Part shown: piece after piece, positions 10,164-24,391 of the stretch | How positions within the stretch are numbered: the first letter of the stretch is position 1 | How the letters are laid out: every line of letters starts with the position of its first letter | Assembly: GCA_963422375.2 (NCBI GenBank) | Contig: OY729427.2 | Coordinates: 1,504,001-1,568,000, forward strand | Length of the DNA stretch: 64,000 bases | Direction of reading: 5' to 3' | Origin: Bryobacterales bacterium | Lineage (GTDB): Bacteria > Acidobacteriota > Terriglobia > Bryobacterales > UBA6623 | The notes under the pieces: generated by a model | Told to the model about the DNA's origin: nothing | The model's input: the letters and a program-made list of their open reading frames with translations, nothing else | Database searches by the model: none | Position numbers and translations under genes: made by a program

Positions 10164-10582
10164 AGCAGGCCTCCGTCGGAGCGGCTGACGAACCTGACCG
10201 GAATCGGCAGCTTCTGCGCGGCGAGATGCATCGCCCGCCGGGCGACCTGCTCGTCGACGCCCTCGACCTCGAACAGCATGCGGCCGGGCTTGACGACGGC
10301 GACCCACTGCTCGGGCGCGCCCTTGCCCTTGCCCATGCGCGTCTCGGCGGGCTTCTTGCTGATGGCCTTGTCCGGGAAGATGCGGATCCACAGCTTGCCT
10401 CCGCGCTTGACGCGCCGGCTGATGGCGACGCGCGCGGCCTCGATCTGCCGGTCGGTGATCCACGCGGCCTCGAGCGCCTTCATGCCGAAGTCGCCGAAGT
10501 CGAGGCCCGAGCCGCGCCAGGCCTTGCCTCGGCGCCGGCCGCGCTGCATCTTGCGGTAGCGGGTCTTCTTGGGCATCAGCAC
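10160..10582 (-). CDS. rplP: 50S ribosomal protein uL16
   Basis: [29 protein letters not shown]. Confidence 0.98.
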   Translation of the reverse strand: MLMPKKTRYRKMQRGRRRGKAWRGSGLDFGDFGMKALEAAWITDRQIEAARVAISRRVKRGGKLWIRIFPDKAISKKPAETRMGKGKGAPEQWVAVVKPGRMLFEVEGVDEQVARRAMHLAAQKLPIPVRFVSRSDGGLL

Positions 10583-10586
10583 GGCG

Positions 10587-11459
10587 CTAGCCCTCCTCGC
10601 TCGCGCCGGACTTGGCGCCGACGGGCGCCTCCCCGGCCAGGGGCGGGCGGAAGCCCGCGTCGCGGTCCTGCGGAGCGCCGGACTGTCGACGGGCCTGCTC
10701 GGCCGGCACCGCCGCCGCCTGCTCGGCCGGGCGGCGCAGGCGCTCGCGCTCGCGCTCGGCCACCGAGCGCGCCTCGCGGCGCCGGGCCGGCTCGGGCTCC
10801 TCGCGCCCGCTGCGCCGCAGGGCAGCACCGTGCGGGTCGATGATCTCGCCCTTGTAGATCCAGCACTTGACGCCGAGCACGCCGTAGGTCGTGAACGCCT
10901 GGCAGAACCCGTAGTCGATGTCCGCCCGAAGGGTCTGCAGCGGCAGGCGCCCGTGCAGGTGCCACTCGCTGCGGGCGATCATCTTGCCGTTGAGGCGGCC
11001 GGCCACCCAGATCTTGACGCCCTTGCAGCCGAAGCGCTGGGCGAACTCGACCGCCTTGCGCATGGCGCGGCGGAAGCTGACCCGCTTCTCGATCTGCACG
11101 GCGACCGACTCGGCCACGAGCTGGGCGTCGAGCTCGGGCCGGTGGACCTCGCGGATGTCGATGTAGATGTCGCGCTTGGTCTTGCTCTGCAGCTCGGCCT
11201 TGAGCTTCTCGATCTCGGCTCCGCGCTTGCCGATGATCATGCCCGGGCGGGCGGTGCGGATCGCGATGCGCAGCTTGTTGCCGGGACGCTCGAGCTCGAT
11301 GGAGCTGATCCCGGCGTCCTTGAGACGCTTGCGCAAGTCCTCTTTCAGGTCGATGTCCTCGTTAATCAGGTCGGCGTAGCCCTTCTGGGCGAACCAGCGC
11401 GAGCGCCAGACCTTCGTGTAGCCGAGGCGGAAGCCGTAGGGATGTACCTTTTGACCCAT
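10587..11459 (-). CDS. rpsC: 30S ribosomal protein uS3 with long low-complexity C-terminal tail
   Basis: [27 protein letters not shown]. Confidence 0.99.
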   Translation of the reverse strand: MGQKVHPYGFRLGYTKVWRSRWFAQKGYADLINEDIDLKEDLRKRLKDAGISSIELERPGNKLRIAIRTARPGMIIGKRGAEIEKLKAELQSKTKRDIYIDIREVHRPELDAQLVAESVAVQIEKRVSFRRAMRKAVEFAQRFGCKGVKIWVAGRLNGKMIARSEWHLHGRLPLQTLRADIDYGFCQAFTTYGVLGVKCWIYKGEIIDPHGAALRRSGREEPEPARRREARSVAERERERLRRPAEQAAAVPAEQARRQSGAPQDRDAGFRPPLAGEAPVGAKSGASEEG

Positions 11460-11489
11460 GCCGTGTCCTTTGCGTGCCCCTTCCCCGAA

Positions 11490-11840
11490 CTAGTCCTCGT
11501 CGAGCCCGGCCGCGTCGTCCGAGAGCGTCACCACGATATGGGCGAGGCGGTGGACGTAGGGAGCGGAGCGACCGCGGGCCGACGCCCGCATGCGCTTCAT
11601 GCGCGGGCCCTCGTTGACGACGATCGCGGCAACGACCATCTCGTCGACGTCCCCGCCCAGGTCCTTGGCGTTCGCCAGGGCGGACTGCACCACCTTGCGG
11701 ATCTGGCCGGCGGCGCGCTTGTTGGTGCGGTCAAGCAGCTCCAGCGCCGCTTCCGCTTGCAGACCGCGGACCAAGTCCGCGACCAGGCGCGCCTTCTGCG
11801 GGGACACGCGCACGTAGTTCCACTTCGCGACGGCCTGCAT
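11490..11840 (-). CDS. rplV: 50S ribosomal protein uL22
   Basis: VRVSPQKARLVADLVRG, ARGR. Confidence 0.98.
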   Translation of the reverse strand: MQAVAKWNYVRVSPQKARLVADLVRGLQAEAALELLDRTNKRAAGQIRKVVQSALANAKDLGGDVDEMVVAAIVVNEGPRMKRMRASARGRSAPYVHRLAHIVVTLSDDAAGLDED

Positions 11841-11843
11841 CGC

Positions 11844-12125
11844 CTACGCCCCCCGTCCCGACTTGGCGCTGCCCGCGTGCCCGCGGAAGGTGCGCGTCAT
11901 GGCGAACTCGCCCAGCTTGTGCCCGACCATGTTCTCGGTGATGAACACGGGAATGAACTTGCGCCCGTTATGCACGGCGATCGTGTGGCTGACCCATTCG
12001 GGCAGCACCGTCGACCGGCGCGACCAAGTCTTGATCACGCGCTTCTGGCCGGAAGCGTTCATCGCCTCCACCTTGCGGTGCAGGTGCTCGTCGTAGAACG
12101 GACCCTTGCGAAGAGAACGACCCAT
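11844..12125 (-). CDS. rpsS: 30S ribosomal protein uS19
   Basis: [25 protein letters not shown]. Confidence 0.99.
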   Translation of the reverse strand: MGRSLRKGPFYDEHLHRKVEAMNASGQKRVIKTWSRRSTVLPEWVSHTIAVHNGRKFIPVFITENMVGHKLGEFAMTRTFRGHAGSAKSGRGA

Positions 12126-12136
12126 CTCGATGCCTC

Positions 12137-12973
12137 TCAGCCCTTCTTCTTGCGCCCGCGACGCGACACGATGTAGCGATCGGAGCGGGTGTTGCGCCGC
12201 GTCTTGTAGCCGCGCGTGGGCTTGCCCCACGGGCTGACCGGATGGCGCCCGCCGGAGGTCCGCCCCTCGCCGCCGCCGTGCGGGTGATCGACGGGATTCA
12301 TCGTCACGCCGCGGTTGTGCGGGCGCCGCCCGAGCCAGCGGCTGCGGCCGGCCTTGCCGAGATCCACGTTGCCGTGGTCCACGTTGCCGACGCGACCCAC
12401 TGTCGCGATGCAGCCTTCCGGCACGCGCCGCACCTCGCCGGACGGCAGGCGCAGCAGGGCGTAGCCTCCCTCGCGCGAGACCAGGCGGATTTCCGCGCCG
12501 GCGGCGCGCGCCATCTGGCCCCCCTTGCCCGGCCGCAGCTCGACGTTATGCACGACCGTGCCCGGCGGGATGCGCCGCAGCGGCAGGGCGTTGCCCACCA
12601 GGATGTCGGCGTCCTCGCCGGAAACGACCTGCATGCCCACCGCGAGGCCGACGGGCTGCAGGATGTAGCGCTTGTCGCCGTCCGCGTAGTGCAGCAGGGC
12701 GATGTTCGCGGAGCGATTGGGGTCGTACTCGACCGAGGCCACCTTGGCGGGCACGCCGTGCTTCTGCCGCTTGAAATCGATCAGGCGGTACTTGCGCTTG
12801 GCCCCGCCGCCGCGGAAGCGGACGCACACGCGCCCCTTGTTGTTGCGGCCGCCGTGCTTGTGCCGGCCCTTGGCGAGCGCCTTTTCCGGACGGTCCCGCG
12901 TGAGCTCCTCCCGCGTCGTGACGGTCTGGAAGCGCCGCGTCGGCGTCGTCGGCCGGTAGGTCTTGATCGGCAT
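12137..12973 (-). CDS. rplB: 50S ribosomal protein uL2
   Basis: [25 protein letters not shown]. Confidence 0.99.
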   Translation of the reverse strand: MPIKTYRPTTPTRRFQTVTTREELTRDRPEKALAKGRHKHGGRNNKGRVCVRFRGGGAKRKYRLIDFKRQKHGVPAKVASVEYDPNRSANIALLHYADGDKRYILQPVGLAVGMQVVSGEDADILVGNALPLRRIPPGTVVHNVELRPGKGGQMARAAGAEIRLVSREGGYALLRLPSGEVRRVPEGCIATVGRVGNVDHGNVDLGKAGRSRWLGRRPHNRGVTMNPVDHPHGGGEGRTSGGRHPVSPWGKPTRGYKTRRNTRSDRYIVSRRGRKKKG

Positions 12974-13000
12974 CGCTGGCTATCCCCGGATTCCCTCTCG

Positions 13001-13288
13001 CTAGACCTGCGTGTACTCCACGGCCCGCTCGCCTTCCCGGAGCGTGACCCAAGCCTTCTTCCAGCTCGGGCGGCGTCCCCGGTAGCGTCCCTGGCGGCGC
13101 ATCTTGCCGAGGTAACGGGCGGTGCGCACGCTCTCGATGTCGACTTGGAAGATGGAACGCACGGCGTTGCGCACGTCCGTCTTGGTGGCCTTGGGATTGA
13201 CCCGGAAGCAGAGCGTGCGCTCCTCGGCGCGCCCCGCCTCGGCCTTCTCGGTGACGACCGGGCCGAGGATGACTTCGTACGGGCTCAC
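13001..13288 (-). CDS. rplW: 50S ribosomal protein uL23
   Basis: PVVTEK, ATKTDVRNAV, WKKAWVTL; GTG overlaps the rplD stop. Confidence 0.96.
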   Translation of the reverse strand: MSPYEVILGPVVTEKAEAGRAEERTLCFRVNPKATKTDVRNAVRSIFQVDIESVRTARYLGKMRRQGRYRGRRPSWKKAWVTLREGERAVEYTQV

Positions 13289-13908
13289 GCGAGCACCTCC
13301 GAACACGTGCGGGCGGCCTCGGCGGAGAGCAGCAGGCGCTCGTGCTGCAGCACCGTGTAGGGGTGCAGGTCGCGGCTCGCGACCAGCCGCACGCCCGGCA
13401 GGTTGCGACTGGCGAGCTCGAGATTGCGGTTGCCGCCGTTGTCGACCACCAGCACGCTGCCGGCGGCGCCGAGGGCCTCGAGGGCGCCGCGGAAGTCGCG
13501 GGTCCTGTGGCTCTCCAGCGCGAAGTCCCGGACCACGGTGACCCGGCCGTCGGCCAGGCTGGCCGAGAGCGCCGAGCGCAGCGCGGCGAGCAGCATCTTG
13601 CGCGGCAGCTTGCGGGCATGGCTGCGCGGCGCCGGGCCGTGCACGGTCCCGCCGCCGCGCCACACCGGCGAGCGCCGGGAGCCGGCGCGCGCGCGCCCGG
13701 TCCCCTTCTGGCGCCAGGGCTTGCGCCCCGAGCCCGACACCTCGGCCCGGCCCTTGACCTTGTGCGTGCCGGCCCGGAGGGTGGCGAGGTACGCCAGGAC
13801 CGCCTGGTGGACCAGGCTCTCGTTGACCGGCGCGCCGAAGACGGCGTCGGCCAGATCGAGATCATCCACTTTCTCGTTGCGGAGATCGACTACTTCCACG
13901 GTCGGCAT
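13285..13908 (-). CDS. rplD: 50S ribosomal protein uL4
   Basis: KPWRQKGTGRARAG, WRGGG..HGP. Confidence 0.99.
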   Translation of the reverse strand: MPTVEVVDLRNEKVDDLDLADAVFGAPVNESLVHQAVLAYLATLRAGTHKVKGRAEVSGSGRKPWRQKGTGRARAGSRRSPVWRGGGTVHGPAPRSHARKLPRKMLLAALRSALSASLADGRVTVVRDFALESHRTRDFRGALEALGAAGSVLVVDNGGNRNLELASRNLPGVRLVASRDLHPYTVLQHERLLLSAEAARTCSEVLA

Positions 13909-13913
13909 GGCAA

Positions 13914-14543
13914 CTACCTCGCTCTGCGGATCGCGACGTACCCGCCCGCGGCGCCGGGCACCGCGCCCCGCACCAGCATGACGTTGTCGTCGGCTCGCAC
14001 GCCGACGATCTCGAGGCCGCGCGCGGTGACGCGCTTGCCGCCCATGCGGCCGGGCAGGCGCACGCCCTTGAACACGCGCGCGGGGTAGGCGCTCTGGCCG
14101 ATCGACCCGGGCGCCCGGTGGAACATCGAGCCGTGCGTGGCCCGCCCGCCGGCAAAGTTATGCCGCTTGACGACGCCCTGGAAGCCCTTGCCCTTGCTCA
14201 CGCCGGTCACGTCAACCCTCTCGCTGGGCCGGAAATGCTCGGCCAGGATCCGGTCGCCGGGCTGGTACGCGTCCCCGCCCGCCTCGAGCCGGAACTCCCG
14301 CAGGAACCGCGCCGGCTCCACGCCGGCCTTGGCGAAGTGCCCCCGCCGGGGCTTGTTCACCAGCTTGTCGCGCATGAAGTCGACCAGCGCGACCTGGATG
14401 GCCTCGTAGCCGTCCAAGTCGGCGCTCTTGCGCTGCACGACGACGCACGGGCCGGCCTGCAGCACCGTGACGGGGACGACGCGGCCTTCCTCGTCGAAGA
14501 TCTGCGTCATCCCGATTTTCTTGCCTAGAATGCCGGGCGCCAT
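13914..14543 (-). CDS. rplC: 50S ribosomal protein uL3
   Basis: [31 protein letters not shown]. Confidence 0.99.
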   Translation of the reverse strand: MAPGILGKKIGMTQIFDEEGRVVPVTVLQAGPCVVVQRKSADLDGYEAIQVALVDFMRDKLVNKPRRGHFAKAGVEPARFLREFRLEAGGDAYQPGDRILAEHFRPSERVDVTGVSKGKGFQGVVKRHNFAGGRATHGSMFHRAPGSIGQSAYPARVFKGVRLPGRMGGKRVTARGLEIVGVRADDNVMLVRGAVPGAAGGYVAIRRAR

Positions 14544-14582
14544 CGTGCCATGCCCTCCAGAATCCGCTCCGCTCGCGCCCGG

Positions 14583-14900
<318 letters not shown>

Positions 14901-14930
14901 CGCTGCGTGTGTCCTTCCGAGGAGCCGTGC

Positions 14931-16118
<1,188 letters not shown>

Positions 16119-16156
16119 CGTCTTCCTGGTCCCTTGCGATTCCTGCCGCGACGGTC

Positions 16157-18244
<2,088 letters not shown>

Positions 18245-18272
18245 CGGACTGTCCTCGTGAACCGAGCGAGCG

Positions 18273-18743
18273 CTACCAGCGAAAATGCGCGAAGGCCTTG
18301 TTGGCCTCCGCCATCCGGTGGACGTCGTCCTTCTTCTTGATCGTCGTGCCGCGGCCCTGGGCCGCCTCGAGCAGTTCCGTGCCCAAGCGGTCGGCCATGC
18401 GGTTCTCGCTGCGGCCGCGCGCGTTCGAGATCAGCCAGCGCAGCGCCAAGGACTGGCGGCGGTTGGGGCGGACCTCGATCGGGACCTGGTAGTTCGCGCC
18501 GCCCACGCGCCGCGACTTGACCTCAACCACCGGCTTGGCGTTCTCGACGGCTTTCTTGAAGACCGGCAGGGGGTCGTCGCCCGTGCGGGCGCGGATCCGG
18601 TCCATGGCGCCGTAGAAGATCCGCTCGGAGACCGACTTCTTGCCGTCCCACATCATGCAGTTGATGAACTTCGACACCAGCGTCGAGTTGTAAACGGGAT
18701 CCGGCGAGGGCTCCCGGGCGGGTACGTCTCGTCTGCGCGGCAT
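18273..18743 (-). CDS. rpsG: 30S ribosomal protein uS7
   Basis: [31 protein letters not shown]. Confidence 0.99.
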   Translation of the reverse strand: MPRRRDVPAREPSPDPVYNSTLVSKFINCMMWDGKKSVSERIFYGAMDRIRARTGDDPLPVFKKAVENAKPVVEVKSRRVGGANYQVPIEVRPNRRQSLALRWLISNARGRSENRMADRLGTELLEAAQGRGTTIKKKDDVHRMAEANKAFAHFRW

Positions 18744-18765
18744 GGCTGCGAATGGCCCTCGCTGG

Positions 18766-19140
18766 CTACTTCTTGGGACGCTTGGCGCCGTACTTGCTGC
18801 GGGCCTGGCGCCGGTCCTCGACGCCGGAGGCGTCCAAGGTGCCGCGCACCACGTGATAGCGGACTCCCGGCAGGTCCTTGACGCGCCCACCGCGGATGAG
18901 CACGATCGAGTGCTCCTGCAGGTTGTGGCCGACGCCGGGGATGTAGGTCGTGACCTCGATGCTGTTGGTCAGGCGGACGCGCGCGACCTTGCGCAGCGCG
19001 GAGTTGGGCTTCTTGGGGGTCACGGTGTAGACGCGCGTGCAGACGCCGCGCTTCTGAGGGCACTTCTGCAGCGCTGGCGACGAAGTCTTGAACTTCGGCG
19101 CCTTGCGCCCCTTGCGAACCAGCTGACTGAACGTCGGCAC
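18766..19140 (-). CDS. rpsL: 30S ribosomal protein uS12 (GTG start)
   Basis: [27 protein letters not shown]. Confidence 0.99.
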   Translation of the reverse strand: MPTFSQLVRKGRKAPKFKTSSPALQKCPQKRGVCTRVYTVTPKKPNSALRKVARVRLTNSIEVTTYIPGVGHNLQEHSIVLIRGGRVKDLPGVRYHVVRGTLDASGVEDRRQARSKYGAKRPKK

Positions 19141-19424
19141 GATGCTGCCCCTTCTCCCTGCGATCTCAACGCACGCGACCGCCGCCGCTCGCACCCGCCC
19201 GCAGGCACGCACGAACCCAGACCGTCGCACACTCTCCCCAGAACCCCGCTGCCCCAGCCATGGAACCCCTCCGCGAGAGGCCTCTTCGGCTGCGGGCCGC
19301 ATTGGGCAACCCCTTGCGAACCCCTTCGGGCTCCCACTCGACTGCCAGCCCACCGCCGGGCAAGCCCAAGACCGCCTCCCGGTTCCACGGAAGGCGGACA
19401 GACTGCTTACCGTTACGTCACCCT

Positions 19425-19454
19425 AGCATAGACGATCACGCCGCACACTGTCAA
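19425..19454 (-). promoter_or_regulatory. sigma70-type promoter of the ribosomal superoperon
   Basis: Minus strand TTGACA (19454-19449), 18-bp spacer, TATGCT (19430-19425). Confidence 0.75.
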
Positions 19455-19777
19455 GGCGAGGCCCGGGAGAGCGCCCGGCTCCCCGAATTCCCAGTCCGAT
19501 CTGCGACGCCGACCTGGATCCACTATAGCGCAATCCGATGACCGGCCGCAACGGCTCGCTCGGCAAGGCGAGCCGGGACCGGAGGCTGTTCAGACCACGC
19601 CCGGGCGGCTCGGCCGTCCGGAACCGCCTGGCGCGCCCGAGCCGGACTGTTCGGCGGCCGTGCTGCCGCGACAGCCCGGCTCGGCCGTTCTTGGCGCGCC
19701 GACGGGACTCGGAAGACCTGGCTGCCCGGCTCGAGCGAGTCACGTCGTCCCCACCGCCGCTCCGGGCGGATCCCCGC

Positions 19778-20264
19778 ATCGAAGGCCTGGTGTCGACCGG
19801 ATCCTGCGGCCGCCGCCTGCCGCGCAAGCCGATCGCCGGCATCCAGGAGACGGTGCCGGCCCTGCCGACGTCGAGCCGCACCGAGCTCGACCACACGATC
19901 TGCGAGCACCCCAGCTGGATAACACCGCCGGGGCACAACTGGATAACACCGCCGGGGCACAACCGTGTCCACCCGGCGCTCGGTCAACCGGCGCCCCCAA
20001 GCCGAGGCGGCCGAATCCGAGCTCGCCGCTCTCCCTGCCGGCGACGCGGTCGTCTACGACCGGGCTACCGCTCCGCGGGCCTGCCGCGACGACATTGCCA
20101 CTCCGGTGGCGGCGAGCTCCGGCCTACGGCACTGCCACGCCGACGGCAGCGGCCACACTCCACCGGCGATCACGCTCTTGGACCGCGAGCGCTACGCCCT
20201 CGCCGAGCTGGCGTTGCTCGACCCCGATCTCGACGACGCAACCGCTATCCGGAAGCGGCACTGA
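19778..20264 (+). mobile_element. Internally deleted relic of a DUF4338/IS4-type transposase gene
   Basis: IEGLVST..GRRL.RK.IAGIQETV..LP..SRTELDHTICEH..W.TP resembles the N-terminus of DUF4338-transposase proteins; LPAGDAVVYDR and TLLDRERYALAELA resemble IS4 DDE segments, in a different frame. Confidence 0.6.
19915..19962 (+). repeat. Perfect 24-bp tandem duplication (ctggataacaccgccggggcacaa x2)
   Basis: Read directly; encodes WITPPGHN twice. Confidence 0.95.
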
Positions 20265-20362
20265 CGGCTGCCGCCCGGTCCCGGGCGAGCGCCGAGAGGC
20301 CTGCGCGTCCGGCAAACTCCGGGCCCGCCCCGCACGCCGGCGCGCCCGCACAGGCGCCGGTG

Positions 20363-21004
20363 CTATTCCTCGGCGTGACCGTCGACAACGATTCCAACCA
20401 CCGTGTCGGCGACGGCCAAGTCCAGCACCCAGTGCTCGTAATCGTTCTCCCAGAGATTCGGCCCCTGGTCGCCCTCGGGCAGCTCGAGCCGCGCCACGGT
20501 CGGGTGGGGGTTGCCCACCTCCGCGCTCAGCTCGACGATCCCGTCGAAGTCGTAGTTCTTCGCTATCTCGGAATCCTTCGCCACCGGGCAGAGGAGCGCG
20601 AAGTCCCGGCTGGGGGCGACGCCCATGTGATTGCCGTCTTCCGGATGCAGGCCGAACCGGATCGTGTACACGCCGGGCGGCACCGACTGCTCGCGGAAGT
20701 CGGAGGCCTTCGCGGGGAATTCCAGCACGCCCAGGAAGGCGCCTTCGGGGACGTCGTCGAAGCGCACGCCGAATCCGCCCGCCGGCTCGCCCTCGAAGGG
20801 AACGCTGCGCATCCAGAACCGCGCGACCACCGTGTCGCCGACCTTCACGCCCACGCCTTCTTCCACAACGGCCTCGCGGGTCGCGGCGGGGACCGAATCG
20901 GGCGGCGCGCCCACGGGCGAGGCCGTGTACTCCTGGGCCTGCGCCAAGGGCGCAGCCGCCAGCACGGCGGCGAGAGCCGCACCATAGGCGCGCATGCTTC
21001 GCAT
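20363..21004 (-). CDS. Conserved hypothetical secreted protein
   Basis: GGAGAGGAG RBS, signal peptide ending AQA, DFREQ..PGVYT.R...HP.DGNHMG motif. Confidence 0.8.
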   Translation of the reverse strand: MRSMRAYGAALAAVLAAAPLAQAQEYTASPVGAPPDSVPAATREAVVEEGVGVKVGDTVVARFWMRSVPFEGEPAGGFGVRFDDVPEGAFLGVLEFPAKASDFREQSVPPGVYTIRFGLHPEDGNHMGVAPSRDFALLCPVAKDSEIAKNYDFDGIVELSAEVGNPHPTVARLELPEGDQGPNLWENDYEHWVLDLAVADTVVGIVVDGHAEE

Positions 21005-21135
21005 TCGAAGTCTCCTCTCCGGTGTGTCGCAGGGCCGACGAACGGTCGGACGCCTGCAACACGCCCCCCGCCTCACGCCGGGCGGCGACGGTCCGCCCGG
21101 GCGAGGGCGCTCAAGCCCCTGCAGGCAGTCGGCCC

Positions 21136-21831
21136 TCAGATGCCGCTCGCCTTGAACGTGCCCAAGTAGGCGCTCGACCGACGGTACTCGCGCAGCTTGT
21201 GGCCCAAGCCGTCGCCGCGAAACGCCTGCTCGACCGCGAAGGCCGGCATGGCGTGATCCAGCGCCACCAGGGGCTGGTAGTAGATGTCGTCGAGATGGCA
21301 GAGCGAATCCGCCTCGCGGATCTCCCGGGTCTCGAGAGAGACGATCTCGCCCGCCCGCAGGGACGCGACGCGATCATGCATGTTGCCGTGGAAGTCGATC
21401 TCGATCGGGGCGGTGTCCGTGTGGACGACGTTCGCCACCAACTCGCCCGCCTGGGACTTCACGAACGCCGCGAGGGCGCCGCGCTGGACGACCGAGGTGC
21501 TCTCGTCGAAGATGAGCATCGCCTTGGCAGGCAGCGGATCCCCGAAGGGATTCCCGATCGTGGACGACGCGTTCACGACGGCCACCACGCGGGCTCCGGC
21601 CAGAGGCACGCCCTTGTAGCTGCCCTGCTCGATGTCCCAGGCCATCACGGCCATATCGCCCATGATCCCGACCTCGCTGTTGGCGAAGCAGTGGGACGCG
21701 TAGATCTCGGCGTTCCGGGATTCGATGTAGCTGCCGCGGATCTCCGGTCCCGCCAAGGTGGCGCCGAACGCGGCGCCGGTCGCCAAGGTGACGCAAAGCA
21801 GCGCGAGGCTGGCCGAGCGGATGGTTCTCAT
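21136..21831 (-). CDS. Secreted DUF1326-like putative metal-binding protein
   Basis: Signal peptide; GSYIESR.AEIY..HCFANSEVG motif; AGGAG RBS. Confidence 0.7.
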   Translation of the reverse strand: MRTIRSASLALLCVTLATGAAFGATLAGPEIRGSYIESRNAEIYASHCFANSEVGIMGDMAVMAWDIEQGSYKGVPLAGARVVAVVNASSTIGNPFGDPLPAKAMLIFDESTSVVQRGALAAFVKSQAGELVANVVHTDTAPIEIDFHGNMHDRVASLRAGEIVSLETREIREADSLCHLDDIYYQPLVALDHAMPAFAVEQAFRGDGLGHKLREYRRSSAYLGTFKASGI

Positions 21832-21964
21832 GAGTTGTACTCCTTCTGCGTGCGCCTCCGCCAGAGCGAAGACGTGCCTAGCGCCATTGTACACAACGGA
21901 GGCAAACGCCTCGCAAGAGACGCGCTCTCGTTGCGGGGATCTCGGGCCGGAAGGGCGGTCTCGT

Positions 21965-22774
21965 TCAGCGTCGCGCGCGGGCCGCTCCGGCGCTCTCCGC
22001 CGCCGCTCCGAAGGTCACGGTCGACGTCGCCCCGAACCGCTTGTAGGCGGCGTACCGGATCAGCAGCCTGACGCGCTGGCTGCCGGACGGGAACGGAAGG
22101 ACCTCGTCGCCGGCTGTGCGCGCGGGGAACCAGTGCCGGCCGTCGACCGGCTCGTATCGGGTCTCGAACGCCGGGAACAGATTGCTGTTCTCGATGCGAT
22201 GGATCTGGGGGACCGGGCGCCCCGCCGCCCGCACGACCTGGCCGTTAGCGACACCGACCCAGAGGAGGCCGTCGAAAAACCGCTGGCCGAGCAGGATCTG
22301 CTTGGGCCGCACCTGGAGCACGTGGCACTCCGCGCCGTCGACCGGCTCGACACCCTTGTAGCGCACCCTGTAGAAGCGCACCGTTTCCGAGGTCAGCACG
22401 AAGGGGTTCACCTCGCGCACGTCGCGGAAGTCCTCCTCGGTCATCCGCAGGCGGCTGAGCTGCAGGACCGGCGGCCTCCGGTGGCGCTCCACCCGCTGGC
22501 CCCTGCCGGTGAAGATCACGTCGCGGACCTCCTCGTAGCGGCCGACGACGATGCCGTTCTTGATTTCGTGGAACTTCAGCGACTGCGTGTAGGCGTATTG
22601 GTCACGCTCCGCGGCAAGCCTGCTGCCCGTTTCCGCGACATCGCGGACCAGGTTTCCGGGCATCTGGGCCGGAGCCGGGCCGGAAGCCGCGACAGCGGCG
22701 CAGGCCAAGAGAGACACCCGTCTCGACCGCCGACCGCGTCCGGCCTGCGCCGCGAGTTCCATTCTCGAGGTCAT
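21965..22774 (-). CDS. Hypothetical exported protein (LolA-like / outer-membrane lipoprotein-sorting fold possible)
   Basis: Signal-like N-terminus; CHVLQVRPK...RFFDGLLWV and VDGRHWFP; start uncertain. Confidence 0.65.
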   Translation of the reverse strand: MTSRMELAAQAGRGRRSRRVSLLACAAVAASGPAPAQMPGNLVRDVAETGSRLAAERDQYAYTQSLKFHEIKNGIVVGRYEEVRDVIFTGRGQRVERHRRPPVLQLSRLRMTEEDFRDVREVNPFVLTSETVRFYRVRYKGVEPVDGAECHVLQVRPKQILLGQRFFDGLLWVGVANGQVVRAAGRPVPQIHRIENSNLFPAFETRYEPVDGRHWFPARTAGDEVLPFPSGSQRVRLLIRYAAYKRFGATSTVTFGAAAESAGAARARR

Positions 22775-22849
22775 TCTGGCACGGGCGCCCGCGTCTAGGG
22801 CACGCGGGCAGGCGCGGAATGCCGACCGTCCTGCCGCGGCCCCGGCGAG

Positions 22850-24343
22850 CTATCGAGAGGTGCGAAACGGAGAGGCGGGAAGCCCCGCCTTGCTGTAGAG
22901 GTTGCCCTTCGGGTCAGGCGCCCACGCGTAGCGCGCCCGGGCCGGCTCGCCGACCGCCGCGCTGGAGACCACCACGGTGCCGCCGTCGATCCTCGCGGTC
23001 GCCTCGACGAAGGCCCCTTCGGAGCCGGCCACCTCGAAACCCTCCAGCGCCGCGCCCCGGGACTCGAGACCGGAATCGGCATGGTCGAACCAGAGCCGCA
23101 GCGCACCCCCTTCCCGCGTCGCCTGCCGGAACAGCGGGCCCGAATACTCCAAGCCCGTCTCGCCGTAGGCCACCGCGCGGGCGGCCAGGGCCAGCCGCAG
23201 GCCCACGTCCTGCTTGTTGCGCGGATGGATGTCGGTCGGATTGCCGATGTCGATGGAAACAGCCATCCCCGTGCGGGCCAGGCCGAGGGCCATGGCCTGG
23301 GCCTCCCTGAGCTCGGGCCAGGTGCTGGTCTCCGGAACTCGCCCGTAGTTGGCGAGCTGGACGAACAGGAACGGGAAGTCCCCGATGCCCCACGCCGTCC
23401 TCCAGTCCTCGATCAGAGCCCGGAAGAGACGGCGGTAGAGGATGCCCTGGCCCCGCCCGGCGTTGTTCTCGCCCTGATACCAGATGGCTCCGCGCACCGC
23501 GTAAGGCGTCAGGGGCGCGATCATGGCGTTGAACAGCGCGGCCGGCTGGTGCGGCGGGCGCAGCGCCCTCGGCAGCGGGGGCTCCCGGGGAGCGTCCTTG
23601 CCCGCGGCCTTGGCAGCCGCCGCCCGCGCCTCCCAGTCGACCATCGCCTTCGCTCGCGCAGCTCGCGCCTCGCTCGCTTCCGCTTTGAAGGCCGCGACCA
23701 TCGCCGACAGCTCGGCGTCACCGGACAGAGTCCCGATGCTGGTCCAGGCCTCGGCCGGAGTCCCGCCCCAGGCGGACTGGATGACGCCGACGGGAACATC
23801 CAGCTCGCCGTGCAGGTGCCGGGCGAAGAAGTACCCGACTCCCGAGAACCCCGGCACGGAGGAGGGCGACACGACCTGCCAGCGCCCCTTCATGTCGTCG
23901 AGGGGCTCGCCGGAAGCGGCCAGCTCCACCTTCAGGTAGCGGATGCCGGGATGCCGGGCGGCCGCGATCTCCTTCTCGGCGTCCCGGGAGCGCTGGACCG
24001 GCCAGACCATGTTGGACTGGCCCGAGGCGACCCACACCTCGCCGACGTGAACGTCCCGCAGCGAGACGCGGTTCGCGCCGCGCACCTCTAGGGCGAACGG
24101 GCCGCCCGCGCCCGACGGCTCGAGATACACTTCCCAGCGACCGCCCTCCGACGCCGCGGTCACGGCCCGGCGCGTGTCGAGCTGGACCTCCACCGACTCG
24201 CCCGGGTCGGCCCAGCCCCACACGTGGACCGGCAGGTCCCGCTGCACGACCATGTGGTCGCCGAACAGCGCCGGTAGCCGCACGTCGGCCGAGAGCGCGG
24301 CGGACAGGAGGAGGGTGGACAGGAACAGCGCCGGTCGCGTCAT
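22850..24343 (-). CDS. Sialate O-acetylesterase (SGNH family)
   Basis: GEVWVASGQSNM, WGGT, IWYQGE, DIHPRNK. Confidence 0.92.
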   Translation of the reverse strand: MTRPALFLSTLLLSAALSADVRLPALFGDHMVVQRDLPVHVWGWADPGESVEVQLDTRRAVTAASEGGRWEVYLEPSGAGGPFALEVRGANRVSLRDVHVGEVWVASGQSNMVWPVQRSRDAEKEIAAARHPGIRYLKVELAASGEPLDDMKGRWQVVSPSSVPGFSGVGYFFARHLHGELDVPVGVIQSAWGGTPAEAWTSIGTLSGDAELSAMVAAFKAEASEARAARAKAMVDWEARAAAAKAAGKDAPREPPLPRALRPPHQPAALFNAMIAPLTPYAVRGAIWYQGENNAGRGQGILYRRLFRALIEDWRTAWGIGDFPFLFVQLANYGRVPETSTWPELREAQAMALGLARTGMAVSIDIGNPTDIHPRNKQDVGLRLALAARAVAYGETGLEYSGPLFRQATREGGALRLWFDHADSGLESRGAALEGFEVAGSEGAFVEATARIDGGTVVVSSAAVGEPARARYAWAPDPKGNLYSKAGLPASPFRTSR

Positions 24344-24391
24344 AGCAGGGCCATTGTCCCACGCGAGCAGGACCGCTCCGACCCGCGCCGG

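Noticed and set aside
19915..19962. 24-bp direct repeat as a mini CRISPR array
   Set aside because: Two adjacent copies with no spacer and no cas genes.
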